Shown piece after piece: positions 63,959 through 64,000 of a stretch of 64,000 nucleotides of DNA. The translations under genes and the position numbers were made by a program. The notes under the pieces are model-generated. The model saw only the letters and a program-made list of their open reading frames with translations, ran no database searches and was not told the DNA's origin. Positions within the stretch are counted from its first letter, which is position 1. Each line of letters starts with the position of its first letter. Source of the stretch: an uncultured bacterium (lineage in GTDB: Bacteria > Omnitrophota > Omnitrophia > Omnitrophales > Aquincolibacteriaceae); assembly GCA_964373045.1 (NCBI GenBank), contig CAYJSI010000001.1, forward strand, positions 31,650 to 95,649. Direction: 5' to 3'.

Positions 63959-64000
63959 GAGCCGAGGAGATACGGGCTCAGATATTGGAATTAGTTGAAG

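Noticed and set aside
1-64000. Mobile-element or CRISPR content (IS elements, integrases, direct-repeat arrays, tRNA genes)
   Set aside because: No transposase- or integrase-like ORFs, no regularly spaced direct repeats and no cloverleaf-like tRNA sequences were seen. The few intergenic gaps are all under 160 nt and are accounted for by promoter-like sequences.
63959-64000. Possible start of a further gene (an rfbH-like gene would be expected after rfbG)
   Set aside because: Only about 40 nt remain and no start codon or motif can be assessed.

Overview
This 64-kb window is almost entirely coding, mostly on the + strand, and reads as one contiguous cell-surface glycan biosynthesis and decoration island of a bacterium of unknown lineage. 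I found no rRNA, tRNA, CRISPR array, transposase or integrase. Four themes are visible.

(1) Positions 1-26.7 kb hold four repeated modules. Each pairs a small GT2 polyprenyl-phosphate-sugar synthase (DPM1/ArnC/CsbB-like) with one or more large multipass GT-C-type membrane glycosyltransferases (GT39/ArnT-like, DUF2079-like, one YfhO-like). Interspersed are five class-I SAM methyltransferases, a TylF-type O-methyltransferase, a 2OG-Fe(II) oxygenase, two SDR epimerase/dehydratases, a GmhA-like SIS isomerase, an LhgO-like FAD oxidase and a B12-binding radical SAM enzyme.

(2) Positions 26.7-30.9 kb hold a carrier-protein cassette: an ACP-like protein, an OMT-like methyltransferase, a KAS III (FabH)-like protein that by manual alignment appears to lack the catalytic cysteine, a FemAB-like two-domain GNAT and a polysaccharide-deacetylase-like protein. 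It sits directly upstream of the next theme.

(3) Positions 31-45.7 kb hold a near-complete pseudaminic acid pathway: pseC, pseG, pseB, a PseA/WbuX-like amidotransferase with HisH/HisF-like partners (acetamidino formation), an Fmt-like formyltransferase, three candidate N-acyltransferases including pseH, an SpsF/FlmC-type cytidylyltransferase, and pseI.

(4) Positions 45.6-64 kb hold a second carrier module: a fused adenylation domain plus class-I/II aminotransferase, an M29-peptidase-like protein, a methyltransferase and a DltC-like carrier protein. This is followed by a TagF/KpsS-like transferase, a Wzx flippase, a domain-permuted HldE-like kinase/nucleotidyltransferase, an orphan TPP-dependent E1 alpha/beta pair, two DegT-family aminotransferases, a second B12-radical SAM enzyme and the rfbF-rfbG CDP-6-deoxyhexose genes.

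The most novel-looking content is the pair of carrier-protein-dependent tailoring modules, especially the ligase-aminotransferase fusion and the Cys-less KAS III. Together with the orphan E1 alpha/beta pair in a CDP-deoxysugar context, they suggest an undescribed aminoacyl or branched-acyl decoration system acting on nonulosonic-acid and deoxysugar glycans. All functional calls rest on motif recognition by eye. Coordinates of short motifs may be off by 1-2 nt.
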